64,000 nucleotides of DNA, taken from assembly GCA_030606285.1 (NCBI GenBank), contig JAUWGS010000005.1, positions 2,716 through 66,715 of the forward strand. The letters run 5' to 3'. The translations under genes were made by a program, and so were the position numbers. Below, one piece after another: positions 8,543-16,993 of this stretch. The notes beneath the pieces are model-generated. The model was not told the origin of the DNA. It saw nothing but the letters and a program-made list of their open reading frames with translations, and searched no databases. The DNA is from Planctomycetales bacterium (GTDB taxonomy: Bacteria; 4484-113). How positions within the stretch are numbered: the stretch's first letter is position 1; each line of letters begins with the position of its first letter.

Positions 8543-10072
8543 ATGAGCGAAGAGAAGTCACCGAAAACCAGCGTCATCTACTGCGGCGACTGCCTGGACG
8601 AACTCAAACGCCTGCCCGACAACTCCATAGACCTCGTCTACATCGACCCGCCGTTTAACTCCAACCGCAACTACGAGGTTTTCTGGGGCGACACGCAGCA
8701 GCGCCGCGCGTTCGAGGACCGCTTCGGCGACGCTAAGGCCTACTGCGAATACATGTTCCCCCGCATCGCCGAAATCTACCGCGTGCTCAAAAAGACCGGC
8801 AGCTTCTACTACCACTGCGACTGGCACGCCAGCCACTACATCAAGGTCAAGCTGCTCGATGAGATATTTGGATTCGGCAACTTCCAGAATGAGATTGTCT
8901 GGCTGAGAACAACAGGTCATAGCGATTCGCACAAATGGAACCACTCACACGACACGATTTTTCTTTATTCGAAAGGAGCTAGTTTCACCTTTAGACCTCA
9001 CTATATTCCTTACACTGCCGACCACATCGCGAAGTCGTTCAGGCACGTCGAGGAGGGCACTGGTCGCCGTTTCTCAATCGGTGACCTGATGGCGGCGGGC
9101 CTGCGCAAAGGGGAGTCAGGAAAACCATGGCGAGGCATTGACCCTGCGGAGCGTCGGGGGCATTGGCAGTATACAATTCAGAAGCTGGAGGAGCTAGACA
9201 AGGCCGGGCGCATTTACTGGCCACCCAGGGGAAGAGTGCCAAGACTGAAGAGGTACTTGGACGAAATGCCTGGTCGTCCTCTGAAATCTGTTTGGGACGA
9301 CATTTCTGTTGTCCAAGGGAGCGCTAAGGAAAGGCTAGGCTACCCCACCCAGAAGCCTCTTGCCCTTGTCGAGCGCATCGTCAAGGCATCCTCAAACGAA
9401 GGCGACATCGTACTCGATCCATTCTGCGGATGCGGGACGGCGCTCGTCGCAGCGCAGAAGCTCAACCGGCGCTGGATTGGCATTGACATTGCACCTTCGG
9501 CTTGCCGCGTGATGGGCGAGCGGCTGGAGCGTGATTGCGGCCTGAAGCGCAACCGCGACTTCATGATTGAGAATCTGCCAATCAGCGTAAAGCGCCTGCG
9601 CGAGCTTCCGCCGGACGAGTTCCAGGAATGGTGCGTTCACGCGCTCTCGCAGGGCATCCCCGGCAGCACGTCGGTCGTTTCGCCGACGATGAGTGGCGAT
9701 ATGGGTATAGATGGCAGGCTCTACCTCGTTGACCGCTTGAGCCTGAAAGCGGGCGCGAAGAAGGTCAAGAAGCTGAAGAAGGGCGAGCAGGTGCTGGCGT
9801 TCGACCCGCTGGAAAACTACATTCCCATTCAGGTGAAGCAGAAGGACAAAGTAGGCAGGCCGGACATTGACGAGTTCTACGCGGCGATAAAGCGGGACAA
9901 GCGCAACCGGGGCTTCTTCGCGGCGTTTGGCTATGCGGATACCGCGCGTAAGGAGTGCGAACGATGGTGGCTCGAAGAGCAAATTAGCATCCAGCTAGTC
10001 ACCGTCAAACAACTCATCGACCGCGACTTCCGCAAGGAGCTAGAATACATCAGGATGCTGGGAGGGGGGTAG
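8543..10072 (+). CDS. N4/N6 DNA methyltransferase (beta class) fused to an Mrr-like PD-(D/E)xK endonuclease
   Basis: YIDPPF, YPTQKP, VLDPFCGCGT; C-terminal GDMGIDG...IQVKQ...GRPDIDEF. True start is ATG 8543; the longer ORF call runs through repeats. Confidence 0.9.
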   Translation: MSEEKSPKTSVIYCGDCLDELKRLPDNSIDLVYIDPPFNSNRNYEVFWGDTQQRRAFEDRFGDAKAYCEYMFPRIAEIYRVLKKTGSFYYHCDWHASHYIKVKLLDEIFGFGNFQNEIVWLRTTGHSDSHKWNHSHDTIFLYSKGASFTFRPHYIPYTADHIAKSFRHVEEGTGRRFSIGDLMAAGLRKGESGKPWRGIDPAERRGHWQYTIQKLEELDKAGRIYWPPRGRVPRLKRYLDEMPGRPLKSVWDDISVVQGSAKERLGYPTQKPLALVERIVKASSNEGDIVLDPFCGCGTALVAAQKLNRRWIGIDIAPSACRVMGERLERDCGLKRNRDFMIENLPISVKRLRELPPDEFQEWCVHALSQGIPGSTSVVSPTMSGDMGIDGRLYLVDRLSLKAGAKKVKKLKKGEQVLAFDPLENYIPIQVKQKDKVGRPDIDEFYAAIKRDKRNRGFFAAFGYADTARKECERWWLEEQISIQLVTVKQLIDRDFRKELEYIRMLGGG

Positions 10073-10147
10073 GAAAAGAGGTAGAAAGTTATTCCAAATT
10101 CCGTTCAAGGTATAATATGGCAGTTCGCTTTCAACTAGGCGAAGCCG

Positions 10148-11086
10148 ATGAATAAGGACCCAAAGAGAACCGGTCATCGAATTAAAATAGAAATCGAAGG
10201 GTTCGGTGAAGAACCCGATATTACTCTTCGCCAACTCGTCAAGGCTTTGGGCGGAGTACAGAAATGCTTCTCGCAGTCCGCCGAGTACCACAAAAAGGGC
10301 GCGATTAAGACGAAAGGCAGGTACGAGAAGCTCGTTGCAGAGCTTGCCGAGCTTTACATAGTGAAGCTCAGTTCATCTGTGCCTATGGTTGAAGTAGAAA
10401 CCCGGCCTGGGCCGCCAGACCTTTTTGACACAGCAGAGCAAGTGTACGGAACTGTGAAAAACTGGCTCGTTCTTGCAGCTACTAAACCAACGATTGAAAA
10501 AGCAAAAGGGCTCATCCCTGATGAATCGCTAATGACGCAGTTGTTGGAGGCAACTCAAGATGTATTCCCGTCTGCTGGGCAGGAGTACAAGGCGAGAATA
10601 GCCTTTGAAGATGAACCTATAATAAGCTTCGATATTCATGGCCGCGACCGAATCGCCGCGCTTGCTAGCGGGTTTGAGGAAGCTGTAACGCCAGAAGTAA
10701 TAGAGGAAGAAGTAATAGTCACAGGTTTAGCCAGAATAACTTTTCCCGAAAAGCTACGTTTTAAGAAAGTGTATGAGATAGAGATGGCCACTCCAGAAGG
10801 AGTATTTATTGTCAGAACAAAACACCGAGAGTTTCATTTATATGGAGGCATTACGCCTAAGGTGTACATGAAATCTGGTCTTTGGCTATGGGAGTACGAG
10901 AGTTTAGGAATTATCGCTCACGGTGAAAGCCGGGATGAAGCTCGAGAAGCTTTTTATAACGAGTTCGCGTTCCTTTGGGATACGTACGCAGATGCAGATG
11001 ATAAAGAACTTACGGAAGATGCTAGGGAGCTCAAACGCAAATTACGGGAACTGGTATCCGAGGTTAAAGGGGCGATAAATGGCTGA
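10148..11086 (+). CDS. Hypothetical protein with a C-terminal HicB-like domain
   Basis: C-terminal LGIIAHGESRDEAREAFYNEFAFLWDTY resembles the HicB G.T.EEA motif; TATAAT upstream; AT-rich. Confidence 0.6.
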   Translation: MNKDPKRTGHRIKIEIEGFGEEPDITLRQLVKALGGVQKCFSQSAEYHKKGAIKTKGRYEKLVAELAELYIVKLSSSVPMVEVETRPGPPDLFDTAEQVYGTVKNWLVLAATKPTIEKAKGLIPDESLMTQLLEATQDVFPSAGQEYKARIAFEDEPIISFDIHGRDRIAALASGFEEAVTPEVIEEEVIVTGLARITFPEKLRFKKVYEIEMATPEGVFIVRTKHREFHLYGGITPKVYMKSGLWLWEYESLGIIAHGESRDEAREAFYNEFAFLWDTYADADDKELTEDARELKRKLRELVSEVKGAING

Positions 11087-11369
11087 GCTAAAGGGACGAG
11101 AGATCAACAATGCCCTTTTAAGCAAAGGATTTAGAAAGCACGAGAACGACCATACTTATTACGTGCTTTACATTAGAGGAAAGAGAACATCAATTAGAAC
11201 TAAGCTTAGCCACGGGTCCAGAGAATATAATGACACATTGCTCTCCCTTATAAAAAGGCAGCTCAGGATGCCTAGCTTGCAGTTCTTACTCGACTATGTA
11301 GACTGCAAAGCAGATAAGGAAGACTACGTTACGCATCTTATCGAGAAAGAGGAAATACGCTTCAGCTAA
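11079..11369 (+). CDS. HicA-like toxin (dsRBD-fold mRNA interferase family)
   Basis: 96 aa, basic; ALLSKGF....DH.YY....G....T.LSHG..E....LL..I.RQL pattern; overlaps the upstream stop. Confidence 0.65.
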   Translation: MAELKGREINNALLSKGFRKHENDHTYYVLYIRGKRTSIRTKLSHGSREYNDTLLSLIKRQLRMPSLQFLLDYVDCKADKEDYVTHLIEKEEIRFS

Positions 11370-11440
11370 TATCTCGCGTGCACGTAGAGGCTGCCACACG
11401 TCTCCAACGGCGTGCCGTGTACGCCGCAGGCGCATAAACC

Positions 11441-11585
11441 CCCCAATCCCTCACCCCTAATCTCTAGTCCCTCTCCAACAATTCCCAATCCCTGCCTATC
11501 CGTGCTTTCTTGTTCCCCGAAGGCGGGGCGCGGAGACCCCGCCCTACAGCACGCGCGGCATGCGCGGCATGCGCGGCGTGCGGAA
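11441..11585. repeat. Heptamer repeats, REP copy and 9-bp tandem repeat
   Basis: CCCAATC/CCCTAAT-type heptamers; 11522-11547 is the reverse complement of 3047-3072; GCGCGGCAT about x3. Confidence 0.75.
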
Positions 11586-11624
11586 CGGACACGAACAAAT
11601 GGGGGTACGCCGATTAACAGTAAC

Positions 11625-11697
11625 TACGCCCGGCAGGATTCGAACCTGCGACTTTCTGCTTAGAAGGCAGATGCTCTATCCCCTGAGCTACGGGCGC
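11625..11697 (-). tRNA. tRNA-Arg (anticodon UCU), CCA not encoded
   Basis: GCGCCCGTAGCTCAGGGGATAGAGCATCTGCCTTCTAAGCAGAAAGTCGCAGGTTCGAATCCTGCCGGGCGTA folds as a cloverleaf; TATAAT just upstream. Confidence 0.96.
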
Positions 11698-11750
11698 GCG
11701 CTTCAATTATAACGAATGGGCGGAATGACCGCGCGAAGGCGCGTGACTTC

Positions 11751-12857
11751 TCACTTAGCCCGTCTGGAACCGGTGGCGGCTACAGGCGCGAAGTCGCGCT
11801 TGAATTCGGCCAGGCTGAACGTGAGCTCCTCCTCCTCGCCGGTCTCTACAATGACTTCGTCGGTGAGCATGTGCCAGTCCACCAGCTTACACTCCAGCCC
11901 GTCTGCGCGCCGCTTGAACGCACGCCCCGGCTTAACGCCCAGGAAATCCGCGAACTCCTTGTAGCTGTCCACTTCGTAGCGCAGGCAGCAGCGCGGCTTC
12001 CCGCACATGCCCGCCATCTTCGCGGGATTGTAGGACATCTTCTGCTGCTTCGCCAGCCGTGTGGGGACTTTTTGCGAAAACAGCTCCGGCTTCGCTTTGC
12101 AGCATAGCTCGCGCCCGCACGGCCCGAGAAACGGGTGGAACAAAAACTGGTCGCGCAGATTGAGCTGGTAGAGCTCGATGCGCCGGCGCAGTTTCGACGC
12201 CAGGGCTTTTACGAGCTGGCGGAAATCCACGCGCCCCTCGGCGTGGTAGTAAAACGTGATCTTCGTGCGCTCGTAGGAATGGTCGATGCCCACGAGCTTC
12301 ATCTGCAAGCTCTCGCCCGCAACCGCTTCAACGAATACGGCGCGAGCCTCGGCGTCAGTATCGGCGTTGCGCAGTATCTGCGCGAAATCGTCGGAGTCTG
12401 CCAGCCGCACAATCGCGCCCAGCGCCTTTGCGCCTTCGTCCGGCCATTGCTCGCCCAAAATCCCCAGGTCCAGACCGTAGTCGGCGTCCACGATGACCGT
12501 GCGGCCGGTGTGCTTCGCTAAATCCTGTGATGCAACGAACGGGTACTTGCGCCTGAGCTTGCCGATGCGCACGGCGAACGTCACCTGCTGTTTTTCGGCA
12601 TCTGCGCGGCCTTCCGGGTCGGGTTCCGGCTCGGCTTGCAGTGGCGCATCCGCAGCTTTCGGCGCGTCATCCACCGCGGGATCAATCGGCGATTCCGCAC
12701 GCGGCTCTTCGCGTGGCTTTGCAGGCGATTCCGCTGGCGTTTCGTCACGCGACTTGGCGCGTGGCTCTGCGCGCAGCTTGGAATCCGCACTATTGCCGTT
12801 CGCAGTCATTTCGTCAGTCATATCGTGCGCCGTTTGCGGCGGGTCACATTCTAGCAT
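11751..12857 (-). CDS. ricT: PSP1-domain protein RicT/YaaT with a low-complexity N-terminus (true start may be near 12822)
   Basis: KITFYY.AEGRVDFRQLVK.LA...RRIEL.Q, GPCGRELCC, NPAKMAGMCGKPRCCLRYE; follows holB. Confidence 0.9.
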   Translation of the reverse strand: MLECDPPQTAHDMTDEMTANGNSADSKLRAEPRAKSRDETPAESPAKPREEPRAESPIDPAVDDAPKAADAPLQAEPEPDPEGRADAEKQQVTFAVRIGKLRRKYPFVASQDLAKHTGRTVIVDADYGLDLGILGEQWPDEGAKALGAIVRLADSDDFAQILRNADTDAEARAVFVEAVAGESLQMKLVGIDHSYERTKITFYYHAEGRVDFRQLVKALASKLRRRIELYQLNLRDQFLFHPFLGPCGRELCCKAKPELFSQKVPTRLAKQQKMSYNPAKMAGMCGKPRCCLRYEVDSYKEFADFLGVKPGRAFKRRADGLECKLVDWHMLTDEVIVETGEEEELTFSLAEFKRDFAPVAATGSRRAK

Positions 12858-13947
12858 CCGGCAGCTTCGCGAGCAGGTAATCCACTACCTGCTCCTCACG
12901 TAAATTCACATCGAGGAAGCTCGTTGCCTGGCCGAAAAGCGGCGCGGCGGCTGACGCGTACGCCGGCCCGCCCTCGCTCTCCACGCGCCACATCGTCAGT
13001 TGCAGGCAGTCGAATACGAGCTGTAGCGCATCACGCCCCAGCTCACGCTTGCGCTCGTTCGTCATCGTCGGCGATGCTTCGTCGTCCATCGCGGGACGCG
13101 GACGGCGCCAGGGCAACAGGTAGTAGTTCTGCGGCACTTCGCCCTCCTCCACGCGCACCAGCGCGCTCTGCACCATATCAGCCAGCGCCAGCAGCGCATC
13201 GCCGAGCGGCACAAGCGCGCGCGCATCCGGCTGTTTGCGCAGCACGGCGGCGAACCGGCTCATTGTGCCTGCAAGTTTCGGCAGCAGATCGTCGTCCGTT
13301 AGCAGCGTTTTCGCCAGCCCCGGACGCCCCTGGCTGAAAAACGCGGCGTTCGCTGCCGCTGTTTCCGTCACGCCCTGATCGCGCAGCCACGTCTCCACCG
13401 ACTCGGTGGATTCGGGCAGAAAGCGCACGCGCAGCGACCGCGAGAGTATCGTGGGCAGCAGTAGCGACGGCCGGTCCGTTACGAGGATAAAAAGCGTGTG
13501 CTCCGGCGGCTCCTCCAAAAGCTTCAGCATCGTGTTGCTCAGATCCTCGCTCATCACGTGGCACTCTTCGAGCAGGAAAAACCGGTACGGCAGGTAGCTG
13601 GGATACAAATACGCCACGCGAAACGAGTTGTGCTCCTCGCGCACGTATTTGAGCGTAAGCTTCGCGGTTTTGGGCCGGATGCCCACGAAATCCGAGCTGT
13701 TTCCCGTCTCCAGCGCCTTGCAGTGCGCGCATTCCCCACAGGGCTTGAGCCCGTGCGCCCCACCCTCGTTTTGCTGGCACACCAGCGATTTCACGAACAG
13801 GTACCCCGCAAGCGCTTTGCCGAGCCCACCGGGCCCGGTCAGCAGCACGGTTGAGGGCAACGAGCCGCGCGCTGTCAGCCGCTCAAGGAACTTCAGCGCA
13901 ACCTCGTTTCCGTGAAACTGCGGGATTTTCAGCATTTCGCCCGCCAC
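12844..13947 (-). CDS. holB: DNA polymerase III subunit delta'
   Basis: LLTGPGGLGK, C...PCGECAHC, N.MLKLLEEPP, LLPTILSR; TATAAT 6 nt before GTG 13947. Confidence 0.9.
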   Translation of the reverse strand: MAGEMLKIPQFHGNEVALKFLERLTARGSLPSTVLLTGPGGLGKALAGYLFVKSLVCQQNEGGAHGLKPCGECAHCKALETGNSSDFVGIRPKTAKLTLKYVREEHNSFRVAYLYPSYLPYRFFLLEECHVMSEDLSNTMLKLLEEPPEHTLFILVTDRPSLLLPTILSRSLRVRFLPESTESVETWLRDQGVTETAAANAAFFSQGRPGLAKTLLTDDDLLPKLAGTMSRFAAVLRKQPDARALVPLGDALLALADMVQSALVRVEEGEVPQNYYLLPWRRPRPAMDDEASPTMTNERKRELGRDALQLVFDCLQLTMWRVESEGGPAYASAAAPLFGQATSFLDVNLREEQVVDYLLAKLPDARM

Positions 13948-14010
13948 GCCGCCATTATACGCCATCGCGATTGGCGCATTGGACGCTGGAGGTCTAGCCT
14001 TTTAACCGGC

Positions 14011-14463
14011 TCATTGCCGTCTGGCGGGCAGGAAATAGATGACGAACAGCGCCGCGATACAGAATGTAAGCACGGCGTTCAAGTAGCGCGCAGGGTCTCT
14101 CGAAGGAATGAAATTGTAGTGGCGGTGCATATAGCCGGTATAAACCATGTATCCTACAAACAGGATGAGGATCAGGTATGCAAGCGCGCGCGTGGCCGCT
14201 CTGGACGTGGCGAATGTGGTGATTCGCTCCCAAAGGGTCGACGGTGTGGGTAAGTAATAACGCGTGTCGATCACCTTTTCTTCCTTCTTCAGTCCATGCC
14301 CAGTGATGAGTATATACAGCATCATGAGCCAGAGTCCGATTTGGATTATGGACCACCAGTCTATTTCGTGGGAGGACTGGTAGTCCCTGACGAGGAAGCG
14401 AACGTAAAAGACCAGCACCACTGCAAAGACGACGCCATATATCATCCGAGCAGTCACGCTCAT
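14011..14463 (-). CDS. Hypothetical membrane protein, about 4 TM helices
   Basis: TATAAT and AGGAGG before ATG 14463; four hydrophobic segments. Confidence 0.75.
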   Translation of the reverse strand: MSVTARMIYGVVFAVVLVFYVRFLVRDYQSSHEIDWWSIIQIGLWLMMLYILITGHGLKKEEKVIDTRYYLPTPSTLWERITTFATSRAATRALAYLILILFVGYMVYTGYMHRHYNFIPSRDPARYLNAVLTFCIAALFVIYFLPARRQ

Positions 14464-14530
14464 TGCGCTGTGTTTCTTACCTCCTAAGCCATTATAGGAC
14501 ATCGTTGCGCAGCGCGCTCAATTGTGCGAT

Positions 14531-15823
14531 GCCACGCGTCGCGCGTGGCCTATCTTCACGTGGGAGTTCGCGGCGCGGAGCGTCCGCAAGCAGGATGTAG
14601 GAAGTAGTGAGTAGTAGGGGAAGAGGCCCGGTAGCGCCGGCTTTCCAGCCGGTAATTGCCAGACCGGAGAGAGGTACCGAGGGTGTACAAAGTGCGGCGG
14701 CGCTTTTTGGGCGGCGCAGGCGGAGCGCTGCTAGGGATTAGGGGAGAGGGATTAGGGCTTGGAGATGGGGAACCCCCATTGGGTAGGCCGGGCTCACCAG
14801 CCCGGCTCTTCCGCCGAGATTCCCGGTAGTCCAGGGCCTTAGCCCTGGTCTTGTCGTCCGAAGAGCCAGCCCTGAAGGCCTGCCCGCCAGGGCGGGGCTG
14901 GACTACCGAATCATCACCACCCTCATTAGAGGGCACGGCGTGCCGTGCCCCTACAGGGGAATCTTCGTTTTCTGAATCAGGCGGGGCGCGGAGACCCCGC
15001 CCTACAGGGGGATCACCGGTCTGGGCCGCGTCCAGGCGTTTCTGGGTCTCGGTGCAGAGCTTCTGGATGCGCGCAACGAGGCGCGCCCAGGGCTCGAGGA
15101 TCTGAGTCTCTTCGTCGGACATGCAAACTACGGAAACCGCGTCTTCGAGCGTGCGAATAGATGTAGATTCCGGTTGTAGGGCGGCCACCCGTGGGCCGCC
15201 GTTCCCCGATTTTGCGTTATGAAGATGGCGGGGCACCCTCCTTCGTCCCACCAAACGGGACTTCAGCGGGCAAGCAGGTCCCCGCCCTACAGAAGAGGAT
15301 TCAAGTCTTGGCCACTGGGTATCCGTATCCACCGAAGCGGGTTTGCCCGACTGGACATCCGACATCATCCCTGTAAGCGTCTTCGCGCAGGAGATTGCGT
15401 CTTTGGCGGAGCATTTCTCTATGGCGTCGGGCTCGGATGCGCGGGCCAAGTACAATTTCAGCAAATCCGCAAGCTGCGAATGTAACTTCCCTGAGTCAAA
15501 AACCAGATCCTCACCGAGTACGCCGGGCTCACTAGCCCGGCTCTTGGGTGAATCCGTGCATTCGTCGTTTTCAGAGCGGCGCTGGTGAGCCCTCCGGCCA
15601 CGCGCGGCGCGTGGTGGCGGGCAAGCACCGCGTACCCTGTTTTGTCGCATTTCTGGCGCGTCAGACATATCTTTCGCGTATTTCTACGCTCACTTACTAT
15701 TATAGCAGTTTCTGGCAAAAAGCGGACACCATTTCGGCGGGAATTTTGGATTTAGTGGTCTGCTATCTGTTGTCAGTCGTCAGAAAGATGTAGGGAATCA
15801 CGGGCGAGCCGCCCGCGCCACTA
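14531..15823. repeat. Dense REP-like palindrome region (10 or more elements from several families)
   Basis: Elements at about 14630, 14783, 14825-14906, 14930, 14980, 15176, 15266, 15516, 15590 and 15799, each matching copies elsewhere in the window. Confidence 0.85.
14556..15668 (-). CDS. Hypothetical ORF threaded through many REP-like palindromes
   Basis: 370 open codons; TGCTATAAT at 15707-15699; two helical-looking unique segments between repeat-encoded stretches. Confidence 0.35.
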   Translation of the reverse strand: MSDAPEMRQNRVRGACPPPRAARGRRAHQRRSENDECTDSPKSRASEPGVLGEDLVFDSGKLHSQLADLLKLYLARASEPDAIEKCSAKDAISCAKTLTGMMSDVQSGKPASVDTDTQWPRLESSSVGRGPACPLKSRLVGRRRVPRHLHNAKSGNGGPRVAALQPESTSIRTLEDAVSVVCMSDEETQILEPWARLVARIQKLCTETQKRLDAAQTGDPPVGRGLRAPPDSENEDSPVGARHAVPSNEGGDDSVVQPRPGGQAFRAGSSDDKTRAKALDYRESRRKSRAGEPGLPNGGSPSPSPNPSPLIPSSAPPAPPKKRRRTLYTLGTSLRSGNYRLESRRYRASSPTTHYFLHPACGRSAPRTPT

Positions 15824-15829
15824 CAGAGA

Positions 15830-16993
15830 CTACTTGAGGGCTTCTTCTTTCCCGGTGTATTCCCGGTCAAAGCGAAGAGAAGCCTGCACCTCCGGAGGAA
15901 GCAGTGAACGGCCTTCCGTCACCAGCTCGGCGACGTTCATCCCCGTTCCCGGCCCCATCATAAACCCTTGGCCGCACATCCCGACCGCCAGTGTCAGTCC
16001 GGGAACCGACTCCGCGTTGTCCACGATGGGAACACCGTCGGGCGTCATTGGATAGCAGCCACGCCAGACCCGGCGCACGAGAAGGTGGCGCATCCGCGGA
16101 ATCAGCGACACCATTCGCCGGGCAAGAACCGGCAGGAACTCGCTGAGCGACTCGCGGTTATCACCCTTGAACAGCTCTTTTGGCGTGTAGCAGAAGATGA
16201 TTGCCCCGTCGGCAACCTGGCCGAAGTAGAAGTTCGCCGTCTTGCCTTCCGGCCCGGGACGGAGGTCTACAATCAGCGGCTTCAGGAATTCCTCGACGGG
16301 CATCGTTATACCAGCTTCGTGGCTGTCCGGCTCAACCGGTATTTTCACGCCCAACAGTTCGCTGTGCCTGCCGGCGTCAGCCCCCGCCGCCAGCACCACA
16401 TGTGGCGCCGAGTACTCTGCTGCTGTGGTTCGCACACCGGTGATGCTATCCCCACTTCGCACGTACGCGACAACGGGCTCGTTGAAACGGAACTCCGCCC
16501 CGAGTTCCATCGCGGCACGCTCAAAAGCCACCGCAGCTTTCAGCGGACTGACCTGGCCGTCTTCGGGCGAAAAAGTACCGCCCCTCAGACCTTCACGCTC
16601 AATGCCGGGCACAAGGTCGGCTATAGCATCGGCATCCACCCAGTCTATGTTCAATCCGTAGCTTTTCTGGAGCGGAAGGATACCCCTGAGAACACCTTCT
16701 ATTTCCTCGCTGTAGACCGGAAAGCAGTACCCGCCCGGCTTCCAGTCGATATCCACGCCGTGTGTTTCCTTCCACGTGGAGAACTCGCGCAGTGATTCCT
16801 GGCAGATGAGGATTTTCGCCGGATCGGAGTGAGTGGCGCGTACGCCTCCAATGGCCGCCTTGTTTTCGCCCTGACCGACAGCCGGGCGCTTGTCCAGCGC
16901 AAGCACCTTCAGGCCTTTGCGCGCAAGGTAGTAGGCGGAAGGAACGCCCACACTCCCGCAGCCCACCACAATTGCGTCAAAGGTTTGTGCCAT
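15830..16993 (-). CDS. FAD-dependent oxidoreductase, sarcosine oxidase / dye-linked proline dehydrogenase beta-like (DAO family)
   Basis: VVGCGSVG Rossmann motif, AAIGGVRA, WRGCYPMTPDG.PI, GMCGQGFMMGP. Confidence 0.9.
   Translation of the reverse strand: MAQTFDAIVVGCGSVGVPSAYYLARKGLKVLALDKRPAVGQGENKAAIGGVRATHSDPAKILICQESLREFSTWKETHGVDIDWKPGGYCFPVYSEEIEGVLRGILPLQKSYGLNIDWVDADAIADLVPGIEREGLRGGTFSPEDGQVSPLKAAVAFERAAMELGAEFRFNEPVVAYVRSGDSITGVRTTAAEYSAPHVVLAAGADAGRHSELLGVKIPVEPDSHEAGITMPVEEFLKPLIVDLRPGPEGKTANFYFGQVADGAIIFCYTPKELFKGDNRESLSEFLPVLARRMVSLIPRMRHLLVRRVWRGCYPMTPDGVPIVDNAESVPGLTLAVGMCGQGFMMGPGTGMNVAELVTEGRSLLPPEVQASLRFDREYTGKEEALK

Noticed and set aside
8181..11697. tRNA-integrated prophage or ICE
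   Set aside because: No integrase, no duplicated tRNA 3' end and no phage or conjugation genes seen
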